NCBI GenBank assembly: GCA_030141605.1
Contig: JAQGDQ010000214.1
Span: 312,105-376,104, forward strand
Reading direction: 5' to 3'
DNA from: Tubiluchus corallicola
Lineage: Eukaryota; Animalia; Priapulida
Length of the DNA: 64,000 nt
The notes below the pieces were generated by a model. It ran no database searches. It was not told the origin of the DNA and worked only from the letters and a program-made list of their open reading frames with translations. How positions within the stretch are numbered: position 1 is the first letter of the stretch; each line of letters opens with the position of its first letter. Below, piece by piece: positions 37,833 through 52,455 of this stretch. Both the position numbers and the translations under genes were made by a program.

Positions 37833-39650
37833 GCAGTCATCACAGTAGTACTAATGATATATGTTTTCACATGTTAAACCAAACTTAGTACAGTAGGCAA
37901 TACAGCGTAACGAACTAAGTGAAATGATATAAGTTATGGACACTTTAACACTGTCCAAGACATAGTCGTAGTAAGTTTCAAAATAAAAATTATACTATCT
38001 CAAAATGTCACGAGCGTAGACTGTCAGAGATGAGCAATATGGCCGGTTTATATGATAGGAATTTTTAGAGCAACTTTTCTCGTATAAGCTTTCCAAAATA
38101 TTTTCATACATCACAATGCAGTAAACGCGTGAGATTTTGCGGCATTTGTCAAACAGCAAACGTGCACAACATCGCAATGAGAGAAGTCCGTCAAGTTTGC
38201 TTACAGGGATTTGGTGAAAAAATAAACTTCACCAAGAGGTGCATCCCAATTATCGGGAGTTCATGCTACAGTGTGTTTACCTTAGTGCAGAAAAACACGA
38301 ATTACAGCTTGCAAATGTAATTGCCTAGCAAATTTCTGAGCTGTGGGTGAACAAAGGCAAGTTTAATTTTTTTGTTCTAGCATCACAACTTAGAAAAACC
38401 GAAGGATTGTGACCATCTGCAGAGTACTTGATGCAGCTTTTGATGACTGTTATATTTACTATAGTTTAGTCTGGAAATGGACCATTTCTATAGTCTAGAA
38501 ATGGACTATTTCTATTTATACAAGCCAGACTCTAATGATGTCTCGTCAAACCCAAACACGTGAAACAACTTTTTATATGGACTAAAACTGCAATTTATGG
38601 AGTAAGCCTACTAATGACTTGCGCACGAGATGTTTATGTTTATGTTTAGAGAAGCAAAAACGGAAACGCGTTATATCCCCTGTGACAAGGAAGCCATCAT
38701 AATGCTGATGTACAGCGTAAGGCAGTCCAGCCACAATTCATCAAGGCCTCAAGGTCGTACAAGATAACAGCCGATTAGCTTAAATTCTGCACTAAAGAAA
38801 CACAACACCATCCCAGCAACTCTAGCGATAAACGAGAGTTGGGCAACACTATTCACAATATGTAGTAGTAGCGACAACAAAGAGACCTGAAGTTGCCCGA
38901 AGAGCCAAAAACAAACATATAAGCAGTGTCATTCTGTGTAATCTTTTACGGAATTGTAAAAGTAACCTTGTATAATGATATGATCCGTGTGAATTTTGTT
39001 ACGTGTACACGTTGTGAAAATATTTTGGCTTTAGTAGGCAGTGACTTGTAAACCTAAATGGCTGGGTTCACTTCTAAATTTTTGTCATACAGTGAAAATG
39101 ATTGTAAATGTAACGTCTGATGGCTGTAAACATGTCACTTTAATAAATATCGTCTCACTCACTCGGTAGCATAGACTCGTAATAGGGCCTATATAAATAT
39201 ATATATATACCAAGAATATTAATATAAGAGATTATTATAGGTAAAGTGTGAAAGTGTTTAAATAAACAAAATATTTATTTGACACTTTTCTTGAAATGCT
39301 TAGCTATTATATGAAATGCCTTGGAGTTTTATAAAACGTCTAAATTTGGCATATTTCCTGTAACGTATATGCAAATTCCCGTGACATATTATAAATATGG
39401 CTTGGTTTTTACAATTGCTAAATAGAACTCAGCAGATTTGTTCAAATTATATCTTATTACATTATGAATTTTAGGACTTGGAAATGTATTAATTCGAAAT
39501 GGTTATACAGTTTTTTTTAATAAGTGTGTAAATAAGTTTTTAAATGAGTTACATTCTCACAAAACTATTGCCACTACAGTTCAGAAAAACCTGTCGCTCC
39601 GTGGTGGTAGTCTTGTATACTATTATTATGGAACACCCGAGAATTCTCAC

Positions 39651-39699
39651 CTGAACCATCAGCGTAATACTCACATAAACCGGTCACACAAAACAACAT
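39651..39699 (-). CDS. Candidate alternative first coding exon of Caskin (MLFCVTGLCEYYADGS)
   Basis: GTCATG start with an upstream in-frame stop, CAG|GTGAGA donor in phase 1. Confidence 0.35.
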
Positions 39700-40484
39700 G
39701 ACTTCAACATAAACAAACAAAATTTCCTAACCACAACAACTCGTGGTCACGTTGCACTCGCCATGCACAGACAACGACTGAATCAAATATCATACACGAT
39801 CATTCTCTACAAACTTATCAAATCATCATTGACGCGACTCCGACGATCCAACAGGAAACGATAAAAAGATCATAAAATACCCGCAGTTTAATAGGTTATC
39901 ATTGAAATGCCAGCCATTTAAATATCTCTAGTGTAATACTCCTATTACATCAATCTCTATTTCGCAAACATGGCAGACATAATTGATTAGCCAGTACTGC
40001 AATTTAATTTCAAAGTAAATCTATTAATGTAGAACAAACTATTAAATTTTGCAAGTGCCAATATACTTAATGCCACTGTACGATAAGGACTCCAAGGTTA
40101 TGCCCAAATGAGTGTAAAAACAATTTTTTGAAAAATTTTCGTCTGATTCTAAATCAAGTTGAGCTTATAATTAAAAATGACATAAAAAACAAAAATATTA
40201 GTAGTAAGACACCAAGGTGTTGTCTGAGACAAAATTACAATTTATTTATTTAGCAACATGACATAGAATTAGCGTGTATAAAAAACGTATAAAGAAAGTG
40301 GCAGATATCGATATAAACTTCAAATAGCCGCTCAATTGTTTATGATCTTAACGTTAAGATTATCATTAATGTTAGAACAAGCCCAATTAAATTTTGATAC
40401 CAAATTTAAAAGACAGGAAATGTGAAAAAGTTGGAATACAGCCTGGATTTCGAGTTTGATATCAAATTTATATACACAAGCACT

Positions 40485-40533
40485 CGCGCGCGCACACGCA
40501 CGCACGCACGCACGCACGCACGCACACACACAC
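40485..40533. repeat. (CG)n/(CGCA)n/(CA)n compound microsatellite
   Basis: Directly visible alternating purine-pyrimidine tract. Confidence 0.9.
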
Positions 40534-43500
40534 AAAGTAATATTACTGATCGGAGAATTTCCACTAAGAGAAACAGATACATTTTAGTTGAGAACACATA
40601 AATACAACTGATTAGTTACATTTTAGTCGAGAACACATAAATACAACTGGTTAGTTCAAGAATATTAGTCCAAAAATAACATTAGTTAACCGTCCTGGGT
40701 TGTGTGGCAGAGTGGTTTAGATTTTGGACTGCAACTGCACAGTCTTGCGAGACTAGCGACTGCCAACGCCAGGACATATACCTACATGTTATTAGTGTGT
40801 TGCGTCCTCACTTGCATAGTTGTAAGTGTAAATAAATAGCCATTAGTGCTAATGTTGTTCTGTTAAATGAGCGACCGTAAATAATCTTGTCTTTTTAATA
40901 CTAAAGCCAACACAGTACAGAAGCGGTGCCAGAATATTAGAATTTAGTAAATTGGTGGTTCGTCCCACCATTCAAATAACAACGTTTCTGCATTGCTAAA
41001 ATTATACAGACTAATTAACGACGACCATACACAAAAGACGGTGAGGTCAAGAATCGGGGGCAAGTACAAACTGGGACATAACGAATCTTCCGAAGATTTC
41101 TGATACTAACAAATTAATCAAGTGCAGTTTTTCTTGAGCCTAACTGTCCCACAAGGATTAAGCTGTCTGCTATTTCATCTACGCTTAAGCTGCAATAATC
41201 TGTGCTGGCAGAGAAATACTCTTCACCCCACAGAATAAAACTGCAGTGCGATTGTGTACATACGTAAGCGAAAGCAAAACTAACTCAAAATTTCAAAAAG
41301 TACAAGCAAAATTTAGAAAACGTGAATAAGTAAAACTAAGTAAAACAAGCTTATCTCATTTAGTACTTTTATATCAGGTTAAACATTCACATACAGTTTC
41401 GGTTTTGCTTAAGAAAGTCACACGATACAGTTGCACGTTGCTGAAAGGTTCTCAGAAAAAGATTACTAGTGTGAAAGCGTACAGAAGACGTTTCACTTCT
41501 CAAAAAGTAGGTTAAAGGAAATCTGTAAAAACTTTGAGCAGAATAGAAAGACCTGGTCTTTTGCAGAAAAAGCTACAGCAATTAGTCAAGCGTGACCGAC
41601 CGTTCACATGCAAAAAAACTATAGATAAGTGTATAGTCACATACTCAGCACACTCAGTGAAGAGAGAAGATGAGGGCGATGACTCGCACTCGCTATCCCA
41701 TCCTGGAAATAACTTAATAATTTAACCGACTTCCATTCGTGCACCCAGTACTGTATGCACACTGTTTACCACACATAATATATAGTAACTGATGGACGTC
41801 TGGAATGAAACGAGTATTGATTTTAATAACAGCGGGAAATGAGAAAAATACGAAACTCATTAAATTTTACAGAATCCCGTAGAACATCTGAAGGCGTGCA
41901 GCGAGACTAGAGAAGTCAGAAGTATAATTCATCTTGTCATTATGATGTTTTTTTTACTGAATGAATGGATCTACCACAATAAGATGAAGCCATAGGTATT
42001 GTTCAGTTATTAACTGATAACAAATTCAGCAATTCACAGACTTACTGCAAAAGGTTGAAAAGCTTGCAGGCGTCACCTGACAAAAAACTGAAGTTCAATA
42101 CCCAGAATAAACCAAGAGCATGTAAGGGCTCTGATTTCCAGTGGCAAACAGATCTGAAGAAAGCTCAGCCCATGTTTGGGCTGGTTAAGAACATCTGCAA
42201 GAAACACAACACAAACACTTGTAAAGTTCGCAACTAAAAAACATCAACTACACAAAGAGATCCCTGCGAGTTAAATGACACCGAATTTCTTTTTCTAGAA
42301 CGTTCTTGAAATCTTTTTCAGTTTTAATTTCTTCTAATAGAGCGAACATTGCCAAAAATACACGCAATGTTGTGGTCTGACATGTCCTCATTGCTATCAA
42401 GTGCATATGAAAGTATCGTTTGAATACTATTTGATGCTATCCTAACTAATTCTGATCACGAACTGAGTTCTTGACCTAATTGGCAAAAATGAAATTGATA
42501 GTACAGCCTACACACAATGCTGCCTACTTGAATACCTTGAATTTAGTTGGTATTACTTTGGCATTGGTGACATTCCTCACACACAACTTCACAAAAGGAT
42601 GATATGGTTTACTGCAACCGTTGAATTGACCGTGTGCATCGCAGAAAACATTTGCCCTATAGAACTGTATGGAGGCAGACAAAACAACATACCAGAGACA
42701 TGATTAACAGACTGAGAGCCAAGATTTACTTTTAAGGGAGGAACAAAAACGAGGTGATCATCCACTATGATAAAACGACGTTTGTTGACATTTCTTATTA
42801 AAATCATAAGCGATATCGAAGCTTCCTACAAGTTTCGTTATTTTAGAACATCATTTGGCAATACAAATGCTACCAATTAAAAATTGCACTGGAACTGTCT
42901 CTGAATGGTTTCTGTCAGAAGACAAAGCGCTGTTACCAAGGGAAAGCATTGGGAGGACTGTCAGCTATTTTATATGTTTAACGAAACAACAGAAAGCGTG
43001 AAATGAAAATGTTATTCTTGCCAGATAAAAAGCAAATTAAAACCTCAATGGAATTCTCATCGTTGACGATTCAGGCAATAAAAGATCTGGAAAGTTGCCA
43101 AGCAGAGGATATGGACACAGCATGTTGCCTATGCTCATAACAATAACCGCCTATAACACTGACGACAATGGTGACGGCGGTGCGTAAGAACCGTGATGTG
43201 ATGAGAAGTTAATATTCGTTTGCAATTTTCGCATTTGAACAAGTACATATTTATACTGAAGAATATTTTTCACACTTTTATTCTTCCAATTAAAACAACG
43301 ATAATGATGACAACAATTATTGTTTCATACTTTTTGTTTAAGAATACACGTGTTCGTTTACTCAACCATATAAGCCCTCTAGTCAACAGGTGTTTAATAA
43401 AGAAAACTTCAGAATTAGACCACAAACACCTAAACAGACAAGAAATATTTATCCTCACAGATTCAGGGATTCAGGAAGTATCCGCCACAAATTTGCAGAA

Positions 43501-44759
43501 TGTAAGCCTTTGAAATCCGCCACAAGTTTGTAGCCTTTGAAAAGGCTACAAAATCTAGATAACTCTTCAAAATGAGAAATGACCTGAGTGACCATCTCAA
43601 GTGTCAGTTAAAACCAATATTTTTAAGTTTAGGATACTTTGGTGTAATATTAATGGTGAGAATGACTACAATGATGATGAAGATGACCATGACCATGATG
43701 CTGACAGAGAAGATGCTGGCGATGATGGTGATGACGAAGGTGAGACTAGTACATTTGGCTTCAGTCACTTTTTTCTTCATTTACCTTCAAGCTATAAAGG
43801 TTTCTGAGTTAAAGTTACTCCTTAATCTCGAAATTATGCAAAAGCCCGCGTGTCTCCAACAAATCCCTTAAGAGCAAACATGTTCAATCTCCACCGCGAG
43901 TAGGGCAGCCATCAGCTCATATGCAGAAAGCCTGCCAACCATTAATCCAGCTGTCATACAGAAATATACGATCGAATATTATAGTTCCAGCCGTTTAGCC
44001 CAAACATTTTCAGAACATCATAAATGACATCCAGCATATTAGAATCAATATTCCACGCCAGACGCGCATTACCCAATTTTAGATTTAATATAAATCAGGC
44101 TAAATTGTTCTGGGAACGACTGCAAATGCAAAGTTGTTCGTGGAAATCAAACTGGACAAGGAAATTAAGTTTATTCTACCGCGCAAGTTGTATCAATTGC
44201 AGGCGACGATAATGCATTCCTAAACAAGTAAATAAATGAAAATAAATCCACAGGGCAGACATTGTGAAACTTGGAGATGCAACAATTTAAATTTGATTCT
44301 CTTTAACCAGCTTTAAAATTTTTATATAGGCCTGTCGAAATTGTTCTTGTTTTGCTAGTTCCATCACTACTATGTGTGTAGCAAAGTAAAATGAACGAAA
44401 GGTAGAAAGATAAAATCTTTAGCTCAATTCACTGTTTTTCAACTAAAATAAGACACTGCTTATGGAAAAATCTCAAATCAGCGACTAGTAATTGGAGAGT
44501 ACAATTTCTCAGGCTTCAAACTCAAAGAAAGACCGCAATTTCCTGGATGACAATGTTCTATTGAACGACAGCCCACAGACTCATTACTGTACACGAGAAA
44601 TCACATTACAATTTTACAAAACAAAACAATTCGAGGATGAAACCACAAGAAGTACAAATTTCACCAAGAAATTTTCAAGTGTACATACATTTCCAAGAAA
44701 ATACTAAATCCGCGGCCTTGCTTAACACACTTTACATAGACGATGGCAACCATTTTTTA

Positions 44760-45110
44760 TGTCAAAACTAACTTAACGAGATTTCGTATTAGTGCTCAAA
44801 AATTAGCAATTGAAATCGGTAGATAACATAATACCTGTAGAATAACGAGTATGTAAAAATTGTTGTTTGAACAAAATAGACGGTGGATTGCATGTAATTA
44901 CTGAATGCCCACTGTATGCTCACATAACAGAGGAATGTTTTTGTATTCTTTTGAAACTTTCATTATATGTTTCCGAATGAGCAGTTCGGGTTTTTAAACG
45001 CATCATAAGCTGTAGATGTTATTAAAATGTGGCTAGATTGATCCAGAAAATATTTGAAGACAGGCCCGACTGAGATAACTCGGTGAAAGTCTGATTGACT
45101 GACTAACTGT
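44760..45110 (+). mobile_element. Degenerate LINE ORF2 C-terminal fragment (L2/CR1 group)
   Basis: Conceptual translation with stops and a frameshift: LTRFRISAQKLAIEIGR*...RVCKNCCLNKIDGGLHVITECPLY, the typical ORF2 C-terminal Cys/His motif. Followed by a short (CTGA)n-like tail near 45091-45108. Confidence 0.7.
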
Positions 45111-45536
45111 AATACATGTAATATTAAGTTTATGATATGTACGTCTAGTTTTTTCTTTGTCTCTTGTAATTTGCTTTGCTCAATGGTTCAACAAATATAA
45201 TACTGTTTTTCTTCTTACAATGTCATACCCTGTGTTCCGGATCTACACACATACCTCTTAATAAGACAACAATTTTAAACTGATAAATTCACCGGATTCG
45301 TAGTTCTTCAAGTCGTAGTAGGTGAAGCAAACATGACAACAAAATGCGACGCGAATGAAATTCGTGAGTAATTAAGTGGTAAATTTAGATTGTGCAATAA
45401 CCACCACCGAAAGGTGAGTCTAGAAAAGTAGTTACTGGACCACACCGTCCTCTGAAGTAGCTACAACTCTAAGGCAGAGATTCATGGTGTTCTTAATGAA
45501 CAACTCAGTAACGAAATATAAGCAAGAAAGTCTTAC

Positions 45537-45597
45537 CTTTGAGTCGCTTCTTTTTCTTGTGCTGGGGATTTCTCAAAAGCGCGTGCCAAGCAATCAT
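45537..45597 (-). CDS. Candidate alternative first coding exon of Caskin (MIAWHALLRNPQHKKKKRLK)
   Basis: AAAATG start, open frame, strong AAG|GTAAGA donor in phase 1, matching the SH3 exon acceptor at 34731. Confidence 0.45.
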
Positions 45598-46334
45598 TTT
45601 ATAAAGAATTTTCTATCTTTATTGATGAGCTTATAATACATTACAGTTTCTTTATTACCAGTATAAATTCAGGCACATATTAGCTATACCTGTCAAGCGT
45701 AGAATGTACATCCTACTGCAAATTGTGCACAAACACAGGTTCACTAGACTAAGTGCTGGTGTAATTATCACTCATTTGTTTAAACAGGATAAAGTTCACT
45801 CATATTACACGTAATGTTTATAATATAACCTATAAGATGCAATTACATTTTCAGTATTATTGAACCTGTCTTGATCATAAATAACACTCGACACACCTTT
45901 TTACAGCGCCACCAGTAGCTTTGAGTCACATTTGAAATTCAACATTTGGCTAGCGCATCTACCGTAAAAAAACTTTTCAGTTCGTGTACTTTTCCCTACG
46001 TATGTTGACACAAACTGTGCATTTGAGTATGAGCACTCTTATATGCATACAGGATTTTAGTTTACCGAGCGTTTGGCTAACCTATAGACTTTTGCTTATA
46101 CACACAGTGTCGCAGGACGAAAATAGGATATTACTAACTTCGTTACGCTTTACTGCTGCCTAAAGGTCCTACACCTCATGGCAAAAAAATAGCGACTATA
46201 TTTTTACTTCAACACGTAATGTACTATACGAATCTCAAAATAGATTCCTCATAAAATGATGACGTCGTTGGCCTGTTTCATTTTTACCTGCCACAGATCG
46301 CCTTCATTATTACGATTATAAATAAAAAACTTAC

Positions 46335-46392
46335 TTGCAGAAGGAGGGCTATCATCACCATATCCAAAACAGCGACTGCAGAGACTCATCAT
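46335..46392 (-). CDS. Candidate alternative first coding exon of Caskin (MMSLCSRCFGYGDDSPPSA)
   Basis: ATG start, open frame, CAA|GTAAGT donor in phase 1. Confidence 0.4.
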
Positions 46393-49300
46393 GATAGCTT
46401 TCAGATCATAGCAAACTGCCCAAATATAATCAAAATTGTTTCAAATTTCAAAACATGCAAGAACAGCGCGCTTGACCGATAATTTCGTCACTGTTTGCAG
46501 AAACTGTACAAATTCTGCTCTCTTCCACGCGTCGAATGTGCCAAGTTAGTGATACAAGTAGGCAGGAGTTGACCAGATGGAATATTGCTTCAGACACGTG
46601 CCAAAGTACTTAGTGTCAACAGATCATGAGTCCCAGGTGTGGTCAAGATGAGTATTTGAGTTCATTAAACAGCAGACCCTGGACAAGGGTTGCTTTTAGC
46701 TGCCTAGACAAACACCATCTTCATTAGACAAGATTATGACGGCTTTTGCATAAACATATGGTGCGTTCTACATGTGGCGGCTGGTCCAACACTGTTAATA
46801 CATTAAACAAACAATGCTGATGAATCACGAAGTCAAACGATAGCTAACGAGATGAACATCCAGGAGCCAGAATTGGTTAGCTCTTCGAAATTTTCATTTT
46901 CGTGAGTCGTATTTCGAAATTCAGGTTAGGCCGTGCTTTCGTATTTTCAATGTTTTGACTGTTTTGTAGATCAAAACGCTGCTTAGACAATGCAGAAAAC
47001 CTGTTAGGAGCTTTGGAACGGCTTGCACGGGTTAAACTTTCTGTCGACGCCGCCAAATACACCTAAAATACGTTCCTCTGGCTAATACCTTCACAGTATG
47101 TCCACCAATCAACCTGGTCAGTCATCTGTGCACAATCACTTCTACACTCACCAGACACTCTAGTAACATTGAATTATTTCATCCAGTCTAAGTCTAAATT
47201 CACCTCGACGCACAGCAACCAGTTTCAGACTTTCGAGTAAAACTCGTCAAACAATATTTTCTCTGCAAAGAATGGACGACTAGTTGAATTATCTTCAACG
47301 ACAGTCAATAGGCACTTATTTTATGTGGTAAGTATGGGATAATGCGAGCAAAAGTTCTGCGAAATGCCATTCCTGTTATCTAACTTACTGGAAGCGATCG
47401 ATCGTGACATTTGCTTTCCCAAAGAACAAATCCCATGTGGGCTCTCTACCAATGTAACACCAGCAAGCCAATTCAGCATAACACCAGCGAGGTGTTCTTA
47501 CTAAACTACAGTATTAAAGAGGAAGAAAGGAGAATTTCAAATTATATCCCAAAGAATTTGCCATATAAACTTATATTACTTAGCATTGCACAGACCCGCT
47601 TGGAAGACTTGGAAAGAAAATGTAACTGGAAAAGAAAATTTTTAATACTTTAACATGTTTGCACCGCCTTGTAAAACGGTAATGTGTGGCCATCCCATTG
47701 TGCACTACTGGCTGACCAAAAACACATTATTGATCTTATTGACTCTATAAAGTAATTTAAAGTTTTGCTTAGTTGGCAAAGTGTTCTCATTATTTTTTCA
47801 AAGTTATCTAAGCTTGTCTCGAACGACTTATAGTTAAAATGGATGTACTTAACGGTCGTCGCACTTAACGGACAGCACATAAGCAATAGAAAATTTCGAG
47901 ACGAATTTTTAAAGTTCTATTTATGAAGAGCGTTTTCTTGTGCTTTAAGGAATTTGAATTTGTATAATACTGGCCAACCAGCCTCATTTAGCAACATGGG
48001 AATTTCCTTGTGAAATGTAAACCTTTACTAAAATGTGTACCTTACCCTTAAAGGTCAACTGACACCCTGGTAGACACTTGACTATAATATCACTTATCGT
48101 TACAAAAGGACAAGCTGTTATCAAAATCTTACTCTTCGATTAGTTGTTAAGCTGACTTCTCTATTAAACAAACAGTAAGTACACCACCCACTTACCACTG
48201 CGTCCAACCGACTGACCGACTAACTACCCAACCAGCCTAGTTAGTTTGCCTAAGCGACTAACAGAGCTGCGATTCTATAGCATAGATACTCGCCAGGCAT
48301 TTATAGGGCCACAGGCAGCTACAGCACACTATCCTATTATTATCTAAGCATTTATGCAAACTATCTTACTAAATTCCCGCTGGGTAAATTCCAAGCGGAC
48401 TGCCCATCCTACGTCCCCATTCTTAACTTCACGCTAATCCAGCGTACTTACAGAAATGACGAACTTTTCCTCAGCCAAATATTCTGTCGACACTACAATG
48501 TAAGGATAAACATTAAACCAGTTTAGGTTTTATTATAAGCAACATAATAAAAATGGTGGAGAATTTGTTTATATCCCCTCATATCCCGGCTGCGCACGCT
48601 TGTAAAAACGCATCAAAGTCTTTCTTTTGCCAGTGAATGGGAAAAGAGCTTTAGGGCTTTTACACCAGTTTCTGTAATTCATTCACGTAATACTGCGTTA
48701 CACGATTGTCAGCGCACGATTGCTTTACATTTACTGCTTGTAAAATTGACTGTCTTGCTAGTCTTGGAGGAACCAACACGTCCATAATGCGTTTTATACT
48801 ACGGAATGTGAGCGAAAATCCTTGAACGAACAGGCTGAACAACCGATAGAAAAACTAAATGAAAGGAAATATTTGCACTTGTTAAATTTTGCTAGAAAAG
48901 GTATTCATCTTTTTCGTTTTAGTGGTTTTAGACCAATTGCTTAGACACATGCAGCACTCTTTAAGAAAAAAGCATTTTTTGCATGCCGGGTTTTATTCCA
49001 AATCTGTGCAACAAGGCTGAAGTGCCTTAATTTTTCTTTTAAACCTGCAATTATATACTCTGATTATTACAGAATTCTGTTTCTAGTTATGGTATGTTAC
49101 TCTCTCCTTTTAGAAGTTTGACGAGAATTTAGGTTTACCAAATTCAGTCAACAGTCATTAAGTAGTATCAGCAAATTCGCACCCAATACAACACTTTTAT
49201 GCAGTGCGTAATCGAGTTATGAATTCATTCACAGGTCAAGTCTTTCAAACTTGCGCAATCGAATTCCTCTGCGTATTCGAGTCAACGGTTTCATCTTACC

Positions 49301-50829
49301 AAAGTCAATGGCATGTAGACGCTGTACTGATCAATGGCATTTATTTAGCCTCTGCCGGACTGCACAATGCTCACTCGTTCAATTACTGTAAACATCTTTA
49401 ACGGGATCATATTCCATCATTGTCAGCAGGCTTCTGAATGGGGCTTTGAATCGAAGCGACCGAGGAATCTGTCTCCTTGAAATCACAAAAAATGCGATGC
49501 TCAACAGTATCAATACCAATCAGCTCATCACTTGAAGCAGCGTTTGACAGACAACAACACTTTTTATCCAGCATGCTTTAACCTTAACAAGTGACGAACA
49601 ATTTTACATAAGCACTTATTAATGTATTTTAGCATACTGGATAATTTTTAATGTTAGCTAATGATTTATGCATCCATTAACTTTAAAAGTATTAACGACT
49701 AACTGACCAACTCAATTTTGTTCCCATCAAGCAACCTATCCTTCTAACTTTTAAAATTATACCGTTCTTTAAATACGACAGTCCACATAATTGATGACAA
49801 AAACGACGCACTCCTTTGACCAAACCTTAACTGATCACTTATCACTGTCAATTCAATTTCATGACTGGCTTCCAAGGCCTAAACACGCACGTGAATCGAT
49901 GGTCACAAACCGCACTTTTATCAATGAATTCGATCACACCGACTATGCAGACTGCAACCATTCAAAATTCTCATTAAAACTGCTTGTCAGACATGGCAAC
50001 ACGAAAGACGCTACTTCAACAGAAGGATAATAAACAATTTTACGCTCCACATGAAAAGGCACTTTGGTAAGACTTATTAATAAATTTCAAACGCTCTCTA
50101 GTCGTTTTATACCAGAGAGAATCATTAAAGGCGGCAGACAATCTAACGAACGTTGAAGTACAGCTATGTAGAAAATCTCTATCTCTAAATTTGTTACACA
50201 AGAAGCTTGTGAAAAAGTTAAAGATCTATGTAAGTTGGGTTTTTTTCGTTAGTAAACTAAAATGGAGTGCGGCACAGATGGTACACAACCTATACTCTCA
50301 TTTTACTTGAATTCTGTATGCAGTCGACTGGCGTATATACTGAGAGCTCTTGTCGAGGCTCTGCGCTCTGTACAGGCAACACATTACATTTTGATGCTAT
50401 TACCTTTCTTTCTATCTACCAGTCAATATAACAGAATATCAATATAACAGGTTTCAACTTCCACATTGTGCATCTGATACTAATTACACAGACTCAATTT
50501 TCCATAACTCCGTAAAATGATTAAAAATGTAAAATTAAAAAAAATTATGTAATGTTTCTGTTGTGTCATGTTAAATGTATATATAGTGTAAAATATGTCT
50601 TGTAAAATTTAATGTTTTTTTTTGTAATATTGTTTTGTAAAAATATTTTAATCTTGTGTTTGTAAATATGTTCATTTATTGTATATAATTAGGCCTTAGT
50701 TTTACACTTTAGTTTTTTTAGTCTGCACTGGACGCATTTGTCTTGAACAGTGTTGTTTTTAACATTACGCTGAGGATTACTCAATTTTATTGTAATGAGT
50801 GAGCCATTTTTAATGACAAATAAAGAATT

Positions 50830-50852
50830 TATATATATATATATATATATAT
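50830..50852. repeat. (TA)n microsatellite, possibly a retroelement tail
   Basis: TA tract just after an AATAAA and a T-rich 3'UTR-like stretch. Confidence 0.8.
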
Positions 50853-52455
50853 CAGATATAATTAATTAGTGAAAAATATGCCGACACTGCAACGTTGAGC
50901 ACGGTTTTTCCTCACTGAAGTATATTTGTAACAATGACTTTAAGGAATCGATCTGCTTTGCAGCCTTGTCTATTCTCCTAACACCTATTATTTAGCAAGG
51001 ATATATGCCCCACAGAAGGAAAGATTACTTACATATTGAAGCTGACGATCACAATCTTAGATAATTTGGAAGAAGTTGGTACATTCTCAGCACGATTTAA
51101 AAAAAGGACTATAAGATGTGCTTTTTTCTGAAGTCATCAATGAATCAGCAAAATAAACCTGCTGCGGACTCACTTTTCTGCATTTCGTCTTTAAACTGTC
51201 ACTTCTTGTGAATTTTTATAATGACAACATGTTGCCCTCTATTTTGACCTTGTGACGTTCGGAATGTATAGAATCTACACTGCTTTATTAATGACAGCTT
51301 TTGTAATTTTTAATGTGTTCATCTCAATAATCAGCAGTATATGTGTGCTTTTTGGTGACAATTTACTGTATATAAAACCAAAGAAACAAGCCAACATCCT
51401 TTCAAAAGGAAATTTCTATGGTGTTATTCTCAAGTGCATGTTTGCTCGCCACATCATAACCACATAACCACATGATTACGAAAAAAATTATATAGTCAGC
51501 TCAGTTTTTAGTGAATCATAATGAGGACAACTCACCACCATAGGGATAATAAAGATCCTGATTAATGGGAAAGCAATTCGTTATCTTTGGTCATTAAACT
51601 AAATTGATTTGACAAATCAGGCACTGTTCTGCATGTTAACTGTAAACTGGTGTAATAACTCCGCGCCTCATTCTCAAGCACGCAGTTCTTTACATTGCGA
51701 AAGGCTCAATTAAACACGACGCATCCATGACAATCAGGAAGAGATACATGCAGACATTCTGGACATTCGTCAGTTCACGTTTCATCTGTAAGCGGCCAAA
51801 GTTTACTTTTTGAAGTGTTCATCCTTTCTTAATCATCTCTTCTAGGCGAACATTAAACAACTTTGTCATGTCGTCCATTATTGATACGCCACTTATGCAA
51901 AGAGGCTTACAGCCAACAGTGATTGCTTATTCCATTAAACCCTTGAAATGACAGCTATGACTAAACTTCCAAAAATGTCTATCCCATTCTATATATGCCT
52001 CACTTCCAATTATGATGAGGGATTTGGGAATAAACCAAAAGTTTCAGTCTTAAATAACCCATCCGTCACTGTCGTTTCGGGAAATATTATCAATGATCAA
52101 TCTTTGTAGAATGGACTGATCGAACGAGGAAATACTCTAACACAGAGAACTGCTGTGGCAATTAGTCACGCACAGCAGCCAGAGCAAATGCTAATGCACA
52201 CCATATCTATAGTTAACTTTAGAAAGCATAAATAGTGTTAGCACCCAAGATTACTGAATTCAGAGACAAAAGATTTATGACAAGCGACAAGCATCTGTCG
52301 CAGTTCTGATGGTAGCACGTATGATTGGAGTGATAATGTAAATTACGTAAGACAGGCGTCAAGTGTTAATTGGCTTCATTCAGGTATTCCTAACAACGAC
52401 ATGAGTCATTTCATTCCTCTGGCATATCGGTGCTCATCGAAAAGCGACTATAGAT

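Noticed and set aside
39163-39172. Tiny phase-1 first exon (ATG CTA CCG A|GTGAGT) on the minus strand
   Set aside because: The donor is created by a (CACT)n tail following AATAAA of a probable retroelement on the other strand.
43572-43871. Acidic and Met-rich ORFs
   Set aside because: Produced by a degenerate (GAT)n repeat; no domain and no consistent splice context.
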